Assembly (NCBI GenBank): GCA_963778655.1
Contig: CAVZVA010000005.1
Coordinates: 672,001-736,000 of the forward strand
Source: an uncultured delta proteobacterium
Lineage (GTDB): Bacteria > Myxococcota_A > Polyangia > Polyangiales > JAFGIB01
Length of the DNA stretch: 64,000 bases
Direction of reading: 5' to 3'
Shown here in pieces: positions 1-8,999 of this stretch; positions within the stretch are counted from its first letter, which is position 1, and every line of letters begins with the position of its first letter. The notes under the pieces were generated by a model. It had not been told where the DNA came from, ran no database searches, and saw nothing but the letters and a program-made list of their open reading frames with translations. Position numbers and translations under genes: made by a program.

Positions 1-1489
1 ACCACAAGCCCTCGGCCGCGAGCGCGGGCGCGATCAGCGCGATCTCGCGCGGCTCGTCGGCGAGCAGCACGCTGTCGAGCGGAAGCTTGGCCAGCGCGGC
101 GGTGTGCTCCACGAAGTTGGTCGCGCCGGGCTCGTACCGGCGCACGGCGGTGACCTCGACCCCGAGCGGTGCGGCGCGCGCGCGCAGCGTGCGCTCCATC
201 AGGTCGCCGTAGGGGCCTTGGGGCAGCAGCGCCGCCACGTGAATGCGCCCGCTCTGCTTGAGCTGCCCGAGCAGCGCCTGCAGCTCGTCGTCCGGCGTGG
301 CGAAGAAGCGGTAGACCATAGGCCCCTGCTCGACGGCGTGACCGCCCGGAGTAAGCAGCACGATCGGCACCCCGAGCTGCTGCGCGCGTGCGGCGGCTGC
401 ATCGCCCGCGCGTACGTCCATCGGCCCGATCACCGCGATCACCCGGTGCGACGCGACCAGCTCGCTGACCGCATCGGCCGCGCGCGCAGGCTCGCCTCCA
501 TCGTCGCGGAACACCAGCTGAGGCGCGTTCGTCGCGGGCGGACCCTGCAGCGGCAGCCCGGCGGCGAGCATCAACCCGCGCAGCGCAAGCTCGCCCACCC
601 TGCGCCCGCGCCCGCTCAGGCTCAGCACCGCGCCGATCACCTGCGGGTTGGCGTCCGTGGGGCGCTCGGCGCGCACCGCGATCGCGCCGAGATCGGAGTC
701 GATCGGGATCTCCTGGTCGCGCATCACGTCGAGCAGACGCCGCACGCGATTGGCGTCGCCTGCGGCGTCGGCATCGCGCACCGCGCGCTGGATGACCTGG
801 CGCCAGGCCGCGCCGTCGTGCGGCAGGTCGCGGTACAGCCGCTCGATATCCTGCGCGCTGGCCTTGTTCTTCGTGAGCTCGGCGATCTTGGCCGTGGCCC
901 AGCTGCGGTCGGCGGCGGAGATCGGCTCGCCCGCCAGGGTGTCGAGCGCGGCGATGGCGTCGCCGTAGCGCTCGAGCTTCTCCAGCGCCTCGGCCAGCGT
1001 GCGCAAGAGCAGGCTGGTGTCGGCCGGGTCGACCGGCCGGCCGATCATGGGCTGCAGGGTCTTGACCGCGGCCTCGTCGTCACCCAGACGGTGGCGCACG
1101 ATCGCGCCGTAGAAGCGCCCTTGCTCGGCGAGCGCGGGGTCAGGATGAGCAGCGACCCGGTCGAACAGACCCTTGGCCTCGTCCGTGTCGCCGCGCTTCA
1201 GCAGCAGCCGCCCGAGCGACAGCCGCGCGACCGGCACCAGCGGATCGGCGGGCCGCTTGGCGATGAACGCGCGGTAGCGCGCGATCGCGGCCTCGGCGTC
1301 GCCCTTGTCCTCGAGCCCGCGCGCCTCGCGCAGATCCGCTTCCGCTTGCGGATCGCTGCTGGTGATCGCGGGCAATTTGCCGAAGTCCGGCCCGGCGTGG
1401 CCGGGACAGCCGCCGAATGCGATCGGCGCGCCGGCGCACAGCAGCAGCAGGGCCGCCGCCGCGGCGGCCTTCGAGCGGTGGCTGAACAT
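1..1489 (-). CDS. Lipoprotein with N-terminal TPRs and a periplasmic binding protein type I domain (LpoA / branched-chain amino-acid binding-like); 3' end outside the window
   Basis: Translated by hand from ATG 1489; absent from the ORF track because it has no stop in the window. MFSHRSKAAAAAALLLLC...FGGC signal, TPR-like helices (AEAAIARYRAFIAKRPADPLVPVARLSLGRLLL), then IGAVLSLSG...FRDDGGEPARAADAVSELV...VIAVIGP, typical of type I PBP folds. Confidence 0.75.
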   Translation of the reverse strand, partial: MFSHRSKAAAAAALLLLCAGAPIAFGGCPGHAGPDFGKLPAITSSDPQAEADLREARGLEDKGDAEAAIARYRAFIAKRPADPLVPVARLSLGRLLLKRGDTDEAKGLFDRVAAHPDPALAEQGRFYGAIVRHRLGDDEAAVKTLQPMIGRPVDPADTSLLLRTLAEALEKLERYGDAIAALDTLAGEPISAADRSWATAKIAELTKNKASAQDIERLYRDLPHDGAAWRQVIQRAVRDADAAGDANRVRRLLDVMRDQEIPIDSDLGAIAVRAERPTDANPQVIGAVLSLSGRGRRVGELALRGLMLAAGLPLQGPPATNAPQLVFRDDGGEPARAADAVSELVASHRVIAVIGPMDVRAGDAAAARAQQLGVPIVLLTPGGHAVEQGPMVYRFFATPDDELQALLGQLKQSGRIHVAALLPQGPYGDLMERTLRARAAPLGVEVTAVRRYEPGATNFVEHTAALAKLPLDSVLLADEPREIALIAPALAAEGLW

Positions 1490-1634
1490 GGGATCAGAGC
1501 TCGGTGGCGGTCGGCTCACGCATCCTGCATACGGCAGAAGGGGCACCGCTGTCATCGTCCGATCCTTGCCAATGCTCGGGGCTGCGGGCCAAGTTCTCGA
1601 CGAGGCGCGGGAACCGAGCGGAAGAGGGCGGCTG

Positions 1635-2354
1635 ATGGCGAGGCGCAGGACTGTGGAGCTGGTGGCGGCGCGCCCGCTGTCGCCCTCCGTGCGCTGCCTG
1701 CGCTTCGGCTGTACCGACGGCGAGCCGCTCGAGTACCTGCCCGGCCAGTGGCTCGATTTCGACGCGCCCACGGAGGCGGGCCCGGTGCGCCGCGCCTACT
1801 CGATCGCGTCGGCGCCGGACGCGGCGCACCCCGGGGAGTTCGAGATCGCGGTCACGCTGGTGGGGGACGGGGGTGGAGCGTCACACGCGCTGCACGGCCT
1901 GCCGCTGGGCGAGCGCGTCGAGGTCGACGGTCCCCACGGCTTCTTCACCCGCGAGCAGGCCCGCCACCTGCCTGCGTTGCTGGTCGGGACCGGTACCGGC
2001 TTGAGCCCGCTGCGCGCGATGCTGCAAGACGAGCTGCGCCAGGCCGAGGGGCCGAGGCTCGCGCTGCTGTTCGGCTGCCGCACCGAGGCCGACGTGCTGT
2101 GGGGAGAGGAGCTGCGGCAATGGGCAGCGGACATGGCGCGCTTCTCCTTGCACGTGACGCTCAGCCGCGGCTCCGAGGCGTGGACCGGCCTGCGCGGATA
2201 CGTGCAGGCGCATCTAGCCGCTCTGATCGATCCCGCCGAGCGCCCGCACGTCTACGTCTGCGGGTTGACCAAGATGGTGGCCGACGTGCGGCGCACGCTC
2301 AAGCAGCAGCTGGGCTACGAGCGCCGCATGATCCACAGCGAGCGCTATGATTAG
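1635..2354 (+). CDS. FAD/NAD(P)-binding oxidoreductase, ferredoxin-NADP reductase family, no Fe-S domain
   Basis: YLPGQW, RAYSIAS (FAD), GPHGFF, GTGTGLSP (NAD), YVCG. ATG 1635 follows GAAGAGGG. Confidence 0.88.
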   Translation: MARRRTVELVAARPLSPSVRCLRFGCTDGEPLEYLPGQWLDFDAPTEAGPVRRAYSIASAPDAAHPGEFEIAVTLVGDGGGASHALHGLPLGERVEVDGPHGFFTREQARHLPALLVGTGTGLSPLRAMLQDELRQAEGPRLALLFGCRTEADVLWGEELRQWAADMARFSLHVTLSRGSEAWTGLRGYVQAHLAALIDPAERPHVYVCGLTKMVADVRRTLKQQLGYERRMIHSERYD

Positions 2355-2372
2355 TACCTCGACACAGAACGA

Positions 2373-4553
2373 TCAGCGCTTGATGGTGTAGCTGATCTGA
2401 TCGCGCTTGGCGCTCTTGGTCTTGGGGAAGGTCTGCGAGCGGATCAAGGGCTCGACGCAGCCCTGCAGCTCGCTCGGCAGCACCGACACCATCAACAGCT
2501 TGCCGTCTTCGACCACCAGCAGCACCCGCGCCTGGAAGGTCGGCTTCTTGGCGTTCGCCAGACACGCGATCAGCTGGTCGTGCACCGGCAGCAGGGTCTG
2601 GTCGACTAGGCCCAGGGTGAGGTTGAGCGGCGCGTACTTGGACGGGTCGGCGGCGGTGTCCACCTCCTGCGCGACCTGCTCCGCTTGAGCCTGCTGCGCG
2701 GCCTCGTCTTTCTTCTCGGCCGCGGCCTGCTGCGCCGCCAGCACGTCCAGCGCGGCCTTGGCCTTCTGGCGTACCGAATACACACCGAGCTCGTCGTAGG
2801 TGATCGCCTCCAGCACCGGCTGTGCGACCGGACCGCTCAGCTTGACCAGCACCTGCGGCGCGAGCTCGAGCGCGCGCAGCACGTGCTCGTCGACCGCATC
2901 GGCGTGGTACAGGCGCAGGAAGTCGGCCAGCGGCTCGGCCGCGGCCGGGTCGCCGAGATCGCCCAGCGCCTTGACCAGCGGGGGCAGGTCGCTCGAGCGC
3001 GTGCCGGGATCCTTCAGCTGCGCGATCAGCGGGCCCACGGCCTGCTTCTCCTTGAGGCTGGCCACGGCCTTGGCTAGCCATCCCACCGGCGGCGAGGTCG
3101 TGCCCTCGAGATAGCCGGCGTGTCGCTGCAGCGCGGCCAACAGGTGCTCGGCGCCAACCGAGCGGTGCTTGAGCTCGGTGCAGGCGCGCACCTGCACCGC
3201 GGGCGCGAGCCGGCTCGAGTCGCACAGCTCGATCAGGTCCGCCGTAACCTCGGCCTGCGGCAGCCTCGCCAGCTGCATCACCGCCAGCATGCGTGCGGGC
3301 ACCATGCGTGCGTCTTGATCCTGCGCGGCGGCCATCAGCTGCACCGCCAGCGCGTTCGGATCGAGCGCCGGACCGCCGCCGCCCGGGCCCGCACCGCTCT
3401 CGGGCAGGCGCACCACCATGCTGGGCAGGCCGCTGTCCGCCTGCCACAGCAGCTTGCCCGAAGGCGCGCCCAGAAACGCGAAGCGCCCCTGCTCGTCGGC
3501 CACCACCAGGCCGCCAGGCTGGGCCTGCTCGCCGACGATGTCGTCGTCGTGCACGTAGACCCAGCGCACCGCGTAGTCGCGCGGGCTGAGCGCGAACACG
3601 AAACGGTAGAACACCAGGTACAGGTTGTCGTCGAGCAGCCCGAGGCGAACGTTGTCGAGCGGCTTGGGCTGCCACGCCAGCGCGATGCGGTGCTGGGCGC
3701 TGTCGGGCGCCGGCGCGCTCACCATCGTGTACACGTCACTCAGCAACTTCGGCCGCCCGGGCAGCTCGTGCTCGGGCAGGCTGAAGTAGCCCGCGCCGCG
3801 CAGCTTCCCCGAGCCGATCGAGGAGGTCACGCGCGCGATTCCGTGATAGCTCCCCACGTAGACCTGACCGTCGGCGTCCAGCACGTGTCCGATCACGCCG
3901 TCCCGCACCCGTACGCGCGCGATCTCGTCGCCGCTCTCGACGTCGATCGCCGACAGGTACTGGCTGCTCCACGGCACCAGCACCATCGAACCGACCACCG
4001 CCGGCACGCCGGCCATGGCGCCCAGCGGCCGCCGCCATAGCAGCGCGCCGCCGCGCACCAGCAGCGCCTGGGACTTCGCGAAGGTGCCCTGGCCCTGCCC
4101 GATCACGAAGGCCACCAGCGGCCCCGCGCCGCCCGCGCCCTTGAGCGACATCTGGCCGCGGGCCACGCTGAAGCGGCGCACGCCGCTGCGCAGGTCGAAC
4201 CCCACGACGGCGTCCGCGGTCTGCACCACCACCACGTCGCCGGCGAGGTGCGGCGGTGAGCTGGCCTTGATCGGCTGCTGCCATAGCGTCTTGCGGCTGC
4301 TCAGGTCGAACCCGTAGAGCTTGCCATCGCTGCCCACACCGGCCGCGACCGTGCCGGGCCTGTGCGGGGCGGCCGCGTTGATGCGCTGCAGCAGCAGCTC
4401 GACGTCGTTGTCCCGGTTGTCGGGGTAGCGCGTGCTGAACGCGGCCGGCTCGCCCGCGCAGCCGCCCGTGGCCGGCGCAACCAGCGCCGCGGCCAGCAGC
4501 AGGCAGCTGCAGGCTGCGCGCGGACCTTGGCTTCGAAGCGATGCGTTGCCCAT
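2373..4553 (-). CDS. Exported lipoprotein: PQQ-like beta-propeller repeats + HEAT repeats + C-terminal AgmX/PglI (TonB-C-like) domain
   Basis: GGC lipobox-like signal; propeller blades (GKLYGFDLSSRKTLWQ, LSAIDVESGDEI, SGKLLWQ); HEAT-like AVGPLIAQLKDP and LVKALGDLGDPAAAEPL; C-terminal LIACL...GCVEPLIRSQTFP. Confidence 0.7.
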   Translation of the reverse strand: MGNASLRSQGPRAACSCLLLAAALVAPATGGCAGEPAAFSTRYPDNRDNDVELLLQRINAAAPHRPGTVAAGVGSDGKLYGFDLSSRKTLWQQPIKASSPPHLAGDVVVVQTADAVVGFDLRSGVRRFSVARGQMSLKGAGGAGPLVAFVIGQGQGTFAKSQALLVRGGALLWRRPLGAMAGVPAVVGSMVLVPWSSQYLSAIDVESGDEIARVRVRDGVIGHVLDADGQVYVGSYHGIARVTSSIGSGKLRGAGYFSLPEHELPGRPKLLSDVYTMVSAPAPDSAQHRIALAWQPKPLDNVRLGLLDDNLYLVFYRFVFALSPRDYAVRWVYVHDDDIVGEQAQPGGLVVADEQGRFAFLGAPSGKLLWQADSGLPSMVVRLPESGAGPGGGGPALDPNALAVQLMAAAQDQDARMVPARMLAVMQLARLPQAEVTADLIELCDSSRLAPAVQVRACTELKHRSVGAEHLLAALQRHAGYLEGTTSPPVGWLAKAVASLKEKQAVGPLIAQLKDPGTRSSDLPPLVKALGDLGDPAAAEPLADFLRLYHADAVDEHVLRALELAPQVLVKLSGPVAQPVLEAITYDELGVYSVRQKAKAALDVLAAQQAAAEKKDEAAQQAQAEQVAQEVDTAADPSKYAPLNLTLGLVDQTLLPVHDQLIACLANAKKPTFQARVLLVVEDGKLLMVSVLPSELQGCVEPLIRSQTFPKTKSAKRDQISYTIKR

Positions 4554-4565
4554 GGCGGTGTCCTT

Positions 4566-5474
4566 TCAGTCCGCGATCTCTTGCATCGCGCGCAGCAGCG
4601 CACGGCTGACTGCCGGTGGCAGCGAGGGGCCCGTGGTCGAGACCAGATCGCCGAGATAGCCCTTGACCTCCTTGGTGCCGACCTCCTCCAGCTTCGCGAT
4701 CAGCTCGAGCTTGGCGGCTTCCGGCACGTCGCTGCGTTGGAGCACCTGCACCAGTGCCGGTCCGAGCTTGTGGAAGGGCAGCTTGCCCAGGTAGCCGGTC
4801 AGTCGCTGCACCTCGCCGGGGGCGATCACCTTACCGATCGCGTCCGAGGCTTCGAGGTTGCCGCGATCGAGCGCCAGGAACAGCTTCTCCAACGCGCCCT
4901 TGGCGCCGATCTCTCCCAGACCCGTGGCCGCCGCGGCGCGCACCTTGGGATCTCCGTCCGAGAGCGCCGTGATCAGCGCTTGCTCGGCGCCCGCCGGATG
5001 GACCGCGCTGATCGCCTCGACCGCACGCAGGCGGATCTCGGGACGGCGGTGCGCGCTCAGCTCGTAGAGCACCGGGCCTGCGTTGGGCTGGCCCAGCGCC
5101 ATCAGCGTGACGATCGCCGCTTCCAGCAGCTCCGGCGGCAGGCCGGCGTGGATGCGCGCGACCAGCGGATCGACCGCCTCCTTGGTGCCGATCAAGCCCA
5201 GGCTCTGGATGCCCTCTTCGACGTCGTTGGCCTTGTCGGAGGCCAGCAGCTTCATCGCGCTGTCGAGCGCGGCCTTGACCGCCGGGCTGGGAGCAGCCTC
5301 CTTGCTCTTGGCCTTGCTCTTGGCCTTGCTCTTGGCCTTGGCTGGCTGGCTCTTGGCGGAGGCGTTCGCGCCGGCCGGTTTGGCCGCGCCGCCGGCCTGC
5401 GCGCGAGCGCCCGCGCTGGCCGCGGCCAGGCTCAGGCACAGGATGAACGAGCATGTGAGCGTGCGGTCGAGCAT
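4566..5474 (-). CDS. Exported HEAT-repeat protein
   Basis: Signal peptide (ASAGARAQ), Lys/Ala-rich linker, HEAT repeats (LITALSDGDPKVRAAAATGLGEIG). Confidence 0.8.
   Translation of the reverse strand: MLDRTLTCSFILCLSLAAASAGARAQAGGAAKPAGANASAKSQPAKAKSKAKSKAKSKEAAPSPAVKAALDSAMKLLASDKANDVEEGIQSLGLIGTKEAVDPLVARIHAGLPPELLEAAIVTLMALGQPNAGPVLYELSAHRRPEIRLRAVEAISAVHPAGAEQALITALSDGDPKVRAAAATGLGEIGAKGALEKLFLALDRGNLEASDAIGKVIAPGEVQRLTGYLGKLPFHKLGPALVQVLQRSDVPEAAKLELIAKLEEVGTKEVKGYLGDLVSTTGPSLPPAVSRALLRAMQEIAD
5301..5340. repeat. 12-bp in-frame tandem repeat (CTTGCTCTTGGC x3) encoding AKSK repeats
   Basis: Seen directly; protein reads KAKSKAKSKAKSK. Confidence 0.9.
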
Positions 5475-5664
5475 GACCCTCCCCGACCCCGGCGCGGGGG
5501 CGCCAGGAACGGGCCCTACGGTACCCGAAACCCCACGCGAGCAGTAGGCTGGTTGCGCACCGGAAGCGGCTCTGCGGAGGATTCCTACGGCAAGACGGGA
5601 AGCGCGAGGTGCTTGCGGTCCACCGGCTGCCCTCGCGCGTTGAATGCGCGCGTGGCCGGCGGGC

Positions 5665-6225
5665 TTACCGCGGCGGCGCGCTGGACGGGGCTCCGGCTTG
5701 CGGCACGCCGGCGGCGTGCAGCTGCGCGGCGGCCGCGGCGGCCAGCAGGCGCAGGTCGGCGCGCAGCGAGGCGTTGTCGGCGGCCTTGCACAGGGCCGAG
5801 AGCGCCGGGACGAGCGTCTGCGGCAGCAGCTCGCGGCGCGCGAGCACGAGCGGGTCCAGCGCGCGCGCGATCTGCCACGCCGCGCGCGCCGCGCTGGGCG
5901 CGAGATCGGAGTCGCGGCTCACGATCATGGCGCACAGCGGCAGCAGGGCTTGCTCGGGCTCGTGCAACCAGGGCGCGGCGCGCGCGGCTGCGAGCCGCGT
6001 CGCAGCGGGCTGCTCGGGAGCGAGCAAGGCGAGGATCGCCGGGTCTCCGTAGCGCCGCGCGACCCGTGCCAGCTCGAGCGGGTCGGCATCGCGCACCGCG
6101 CGCAGCGCCGCGGCCGCCGGGGGCGTCGCCGGCGACGCGGCAGCAGCCTGCGCGCCTGCCAGCAGCATCGCCGCGGCCAGCACGCTCGCAGCGATGGGCC
6201 AAGGCGCCGAGAGATCAGCCCGCAT
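5665..6225 (-). CDS. Hypothetical exported protein with HEAT-like helices
   Basis: Signal-like N-terminus; LCAMIVSRDSDLAPSAARAAWQIA; same strand as the neighbouring HEAT genes. Confidence 0.6.
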   Translation of the reverse strand: MRADLSAPWPIAASVLAAAMLLAGAQAAAASPATPPAAAALRAVRDADPLELARVARRYGDPAILALLAPEQPAATRLAAARAAPWLHEPEQALLPLCAMIVSRDSDLAPSAARAAWQIARALDPLVLARRELLPQTLVPALSALCKAADNASLRADLRLLAAAAAAQLHAAGVPQAGAPSSAPPR

Positions 6226-6346
6226 CGGCCTGCTGTAGCACGCCGGGCTCCGGCGGTGCAGCGGGACGCGCTCGGACGCCGGCCCGGCTCAGTTAGAGCC
6301 GATCTCGAAGCCCTCCGCGACCGCCGGGCGCGACAGCGCCGCCTGC

Positions 6347-6525
6347 GGCGTTGCGCGACACTCGAAATATCAAGAAGTGTTCCATCGGTCGCGCGCCTTG
6401 CATTCAGCACCGTCGCGCTCCGAAATCCGGCCACGCCGGGCATTGAGATCCGCACGGCGCGGGCCCGCTCAGGGCGTTGCGCGACCTTGAAATACAGGGA
6501 GTATTCCTGCGTCCGCGCGCCTGCA
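6347..6525. repeat. Two imperfect direct copies (6347-6402, 6473-6525) of a ~55-bp stem-loop, REP/MITE-like element
   Basis: GGCGTTGCGCGACACTCGAAATATCAAGAAGTGTTCCATCGGTCGCGCGCCTTGCA vs GGCGTTGCGCGACCTTGAAATACAGGGAGTATTCCTGCGTCCGCGCGCCTGCA. Confidence 0.75.
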
Positions 6526-6531
6526 GTGGTG

Positions 6532-7377
6532 TTAGCCAGCGGGAGCGTCCGCCTCGAGCGCCCGCGCGAGCGCAGCGAGCTGCTCGAGCGCGAGCGTCTC
6601 GCCGCGCCGCCGTGGGTCGATGCCGGTCCGGCTGAGGATGCGCTCGGCCCGCGGCACGCCCAGCACGCCCGCGAGCGCGTTGCGCAGCGTCTTGCGGCGG
6701 CTCTGGAACGCAGCCCGGACCACCGTACGCAGGGGCTCGTTCTCCTCGACCAACGGCTGCGCGCGCGGGGTCAGGCGCACCACCGCGCTGTGCACCTTGG
6801 GCGGTGGGTGAAACGCGCCCGGCGGCAGGCGCAGCACGGTCTCGATCTCGAACGCTGCGTGCGCGAACACCGTGAGCGCGCCGTAGTCGGCGCTGCCGGG
6901 GGCAGCCTCCAGTCGATCGCGCACCTCGCGCTGAACCATCACCACCGCGCGCGCCAGCGCGGCGCGATGCCGCATCAGGTTGCGCAGGATGGCGCCGGTC
7001 GCCGCGTAGGGCAGGTTGCCCACCACGCACAGCGGCCCGCCGGCCCGCTCGGCCAGCGCGCTGAGGTCGACGCTGGCCGCGTCCTCGTGGAGCACCTCCA
7101 CGCCGAACCCCGAGAGCTCGGCCTGCAGCACGCCAATCATGTCCGGGTCGCGCTCGATCGCGAGCACGCGCGCGCCCGCTCGCAGCAGCGCGGCGGTCAG
7201 CGTGCCGAGCCCGGCGCCGAGCTCGACCACCCGCTCTTGCGGCTGCGGTGCAGCCGCCTCCGCGATGCGCGCCACCGCAGCCGGCGAAATCAGGAAGTTC
7301 TGCGACATGCCCCGCTTCGGGCGCAGGCCATGGCGCCCGAGCACGCGTCGCGGATCCTCCCAGGCGGGCGCGCTCAT
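6532..7377 (-). CDS. rsmA: 16S rRNA (A1518/A1519) dimethyltransferase RsmA/KsgA
   Basis: SQNFL, VVELGAGLGTLT, VVGNLPY, MVQREV, FHPPPKVHSAVV, RRKTLRN. Confidence 0.96.
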   Translation of the reverse strand: MSAPAWEDPRRVLGRHGLRPKRGMSQNFLISPAAVARIAEAAAPQPQERVVELGAGLGTLTAALLRAGARVLAIERDPDMIGVLQAELSGFGVEVLHEDAASVDLSALAERAGGPLCVVGNLPYAATGAILRNLMRHRAALARAVVMVQREVRDRLEAAPGSADYGALTVFAHAAFEIETVLRLPPGAFHPPPKVHSAVVRLTPRAQPLVEENEPLRTVVRAAFQSRRKTLRNALAGVLGVPRAERILSRTGIDPRRRGETLALEQLAALARALEADAPAG

Positions 7378-8981
7378 GCCACCGAGCGCACTCCCTGCGC
7401 GCCGCGCAGCACCGCCGCCGCGCCCTTTTGCGCGTCGTAGCGCAGCACCGGAATGCCCAGCTTGCCGGCGCTGGCCTGGGCTTCGCGCAGGCGGCGCTGC
7501 TCCTGCATGCCGTACACGTGCCGCAGCGTGCGCTCGAGCGGGCTCGCGGACGCCTGCATCAGGCTCTCGGGGTCCGGCAGCAGCAGCCCCAGGCGATGCT
7601 GGCGCGCCTTGAGCAGGCGCAGCGTTTGCAGCAGCGTGTCCGGGTCGTGCACCCCGTCGAGATCGGTCAACAGCAGCAGGCTGCGCGGCGTGCGCCCGTT
7701 GCCGGCGGCCTTACGCAGCGCCTGGGCCAGCCCGCCTGCCTTGGCCAGGCCGCGCGTGTCGGCGCGATAGGGCAGGGGGATGCCGCGCACGCGGCAGAAG
7801 CGCCGCAGCAGCACGTGCTCGGGCGAGGACGCCACGACCTCCTCGTGATCGGGCTCGCTCTGCAGCGCGCGCGTCACGTGCGCCGCCAGCGCGGGCAGGT
7901 CCCAGCCGCCCGCCCCCTCGCCAGAGAAGTCCTTGCCCTCCTGCTGCCGCAGGTAGAGCCCGACCAGCGCGGCCACCCCATCGTCGTCGATCTGGGTCAG
8001 GTCGGCGTCGACCACCTCGGTCGCCTTGAGCAGGCCGTCGTAGATGCGCAGCATGTGATGGCGGCCCTCGGCCGCTGCCACCTGCGAGATCACACGCCCG
8101 TCCACGGTGAGCAGGCCGACGCGGTCGCCGCGCTCCAGCGCTTGGTGCGCGAGCAGCGCGGCGATCTCGATGCAGTGGTCGAGCTTGCGCTCCCCGGGCG
8201 CGCCGCCGCGCATCGATCCGCTGGCGTCGATCACGATCTGCAGCGTGTCCTGAACCTCGCGCTCGACCTCGCGCACGAGCAGCTTGCCCGCGCGCGCGCT
8301 GGCCTTCCACGCGATCGCCTTGAACGGGTCGCCGGGCCTGTGCTCGCGGATCTCGTGCAGCTCGGTGCCGGCGCCGCGCCGCCGCAGCGGGGTGGGTCCG
8401 GCGTGCTCCACCGCCTCTCCGCCGGCCGGTCGCGCGCCCAACACCGTGCGCGCGGCCGCGCGCGGCAGCACCTTGATGCTGAGCGGGCTGGGGAAGTACA
8501 GCGGCGCCGAGAACAGCCCGAACGGCCCCGGCACCATCACCGCCAGCCCCTGCAGCACGACGCGTCCGGCGGCGCTGGCATGAAGCCGCAGTCGGATCTC
8601 GGTGCGCGCGCGCGCCGGCAGCGCCAGCTCCCCTCCCTGGCCTTCGAGCACGCGTACGCCCATTGGCACGACCGGCAGCAGCGCATCGAGACGCAGCGCG
8701 TGCAGGCTGCGGTTGCGCACGTAGCCGTGCACCTCGAAGGGTGCGCCGACCACTGCGCCCTGCGCCTGCTCGCCGTGTCCCAGCCACCACGCGAACTCCA
8801 TGCGTTGCCGTCGCAGCCGCGCCCCCAGCGGCGCGGTCAGCGCCAGCGCCGCGGCCAGGCCCAGCAGCAGCCCGCCGCCCAGCATGGTGGCGGTCGGCGA
8901 GCTCGCGAGCACGCCCGCGAGCAGCACGGCCACGCTCCCGCAGAAGGCGAGCACGGCGGTGCGAGCAGGAATCGGCAGCAT
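7374..8981 (-). CDS. DUF58 domain membrane protein (MoxR-associated, vWA-like)
   Basis: Two N-terminal TM helices; ELHEIREHRPGDPFKAIAWKASAR...LLVRE; IDASGSM MIDAS-like motif. Confidence 0.88.
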   Translation of the reverse strand: MLPIPARTAVLAFCGSVAVLLAGVLASSPTATMLGGGLLLGLAAALALTAPLGARLRRQRMEFAWWLGHGEQAQGAVVGAPFEVHGYVRNRSLHALRLDALLPVVPMGVRVLEGQGGELALPARARTEIRLRLHASAAGRVVLQGLAVMVPGPFGLFSAPLYFPSPLSIKVLPRAAARTVLGARPAGGEAVEHAGPTPLRRRGAGTELHEIREHRPGDPFKAIAWKASARAGKLLVREVEREVQDTLQIVIDASGSMRGGAPGERKLDHCIEIAALLAHQALERGDRVGLLTVDGRVISQVAAAEGRHHMLRIYDGLLKATEVVDADLTQIDDDGVAALVGLYLRQQEGKDFSGEGAGGWDLPALAAHVTRALQSEPDHEEVVASSPEHVLLRRFCRVRGIPLPYRADTRGLAKAGGLAQALRKAAGNGRTPRSLLLLTDLDGVHDPDTLLQTLRLLKARQHRLGLLLPDPESLMQASASPLERTLRHVYGMQEQRRLREAQASAGKLGIPVLRYDAQKGAAAVLRGAQGVRSVA

Positions 8982-8999
8982 GGCGACGACCCCGCGCGC

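Noticed and set aside
104..2350. Long Arg/Ala/Gly-rich track ORFs (104..2350, 14469..17900, 29378..32224, 50587..53358, 60417..63320 and similar)
   Set aside because: Shadow ORFs from high GC content, overlapping well-supported genes in other frames or strands.
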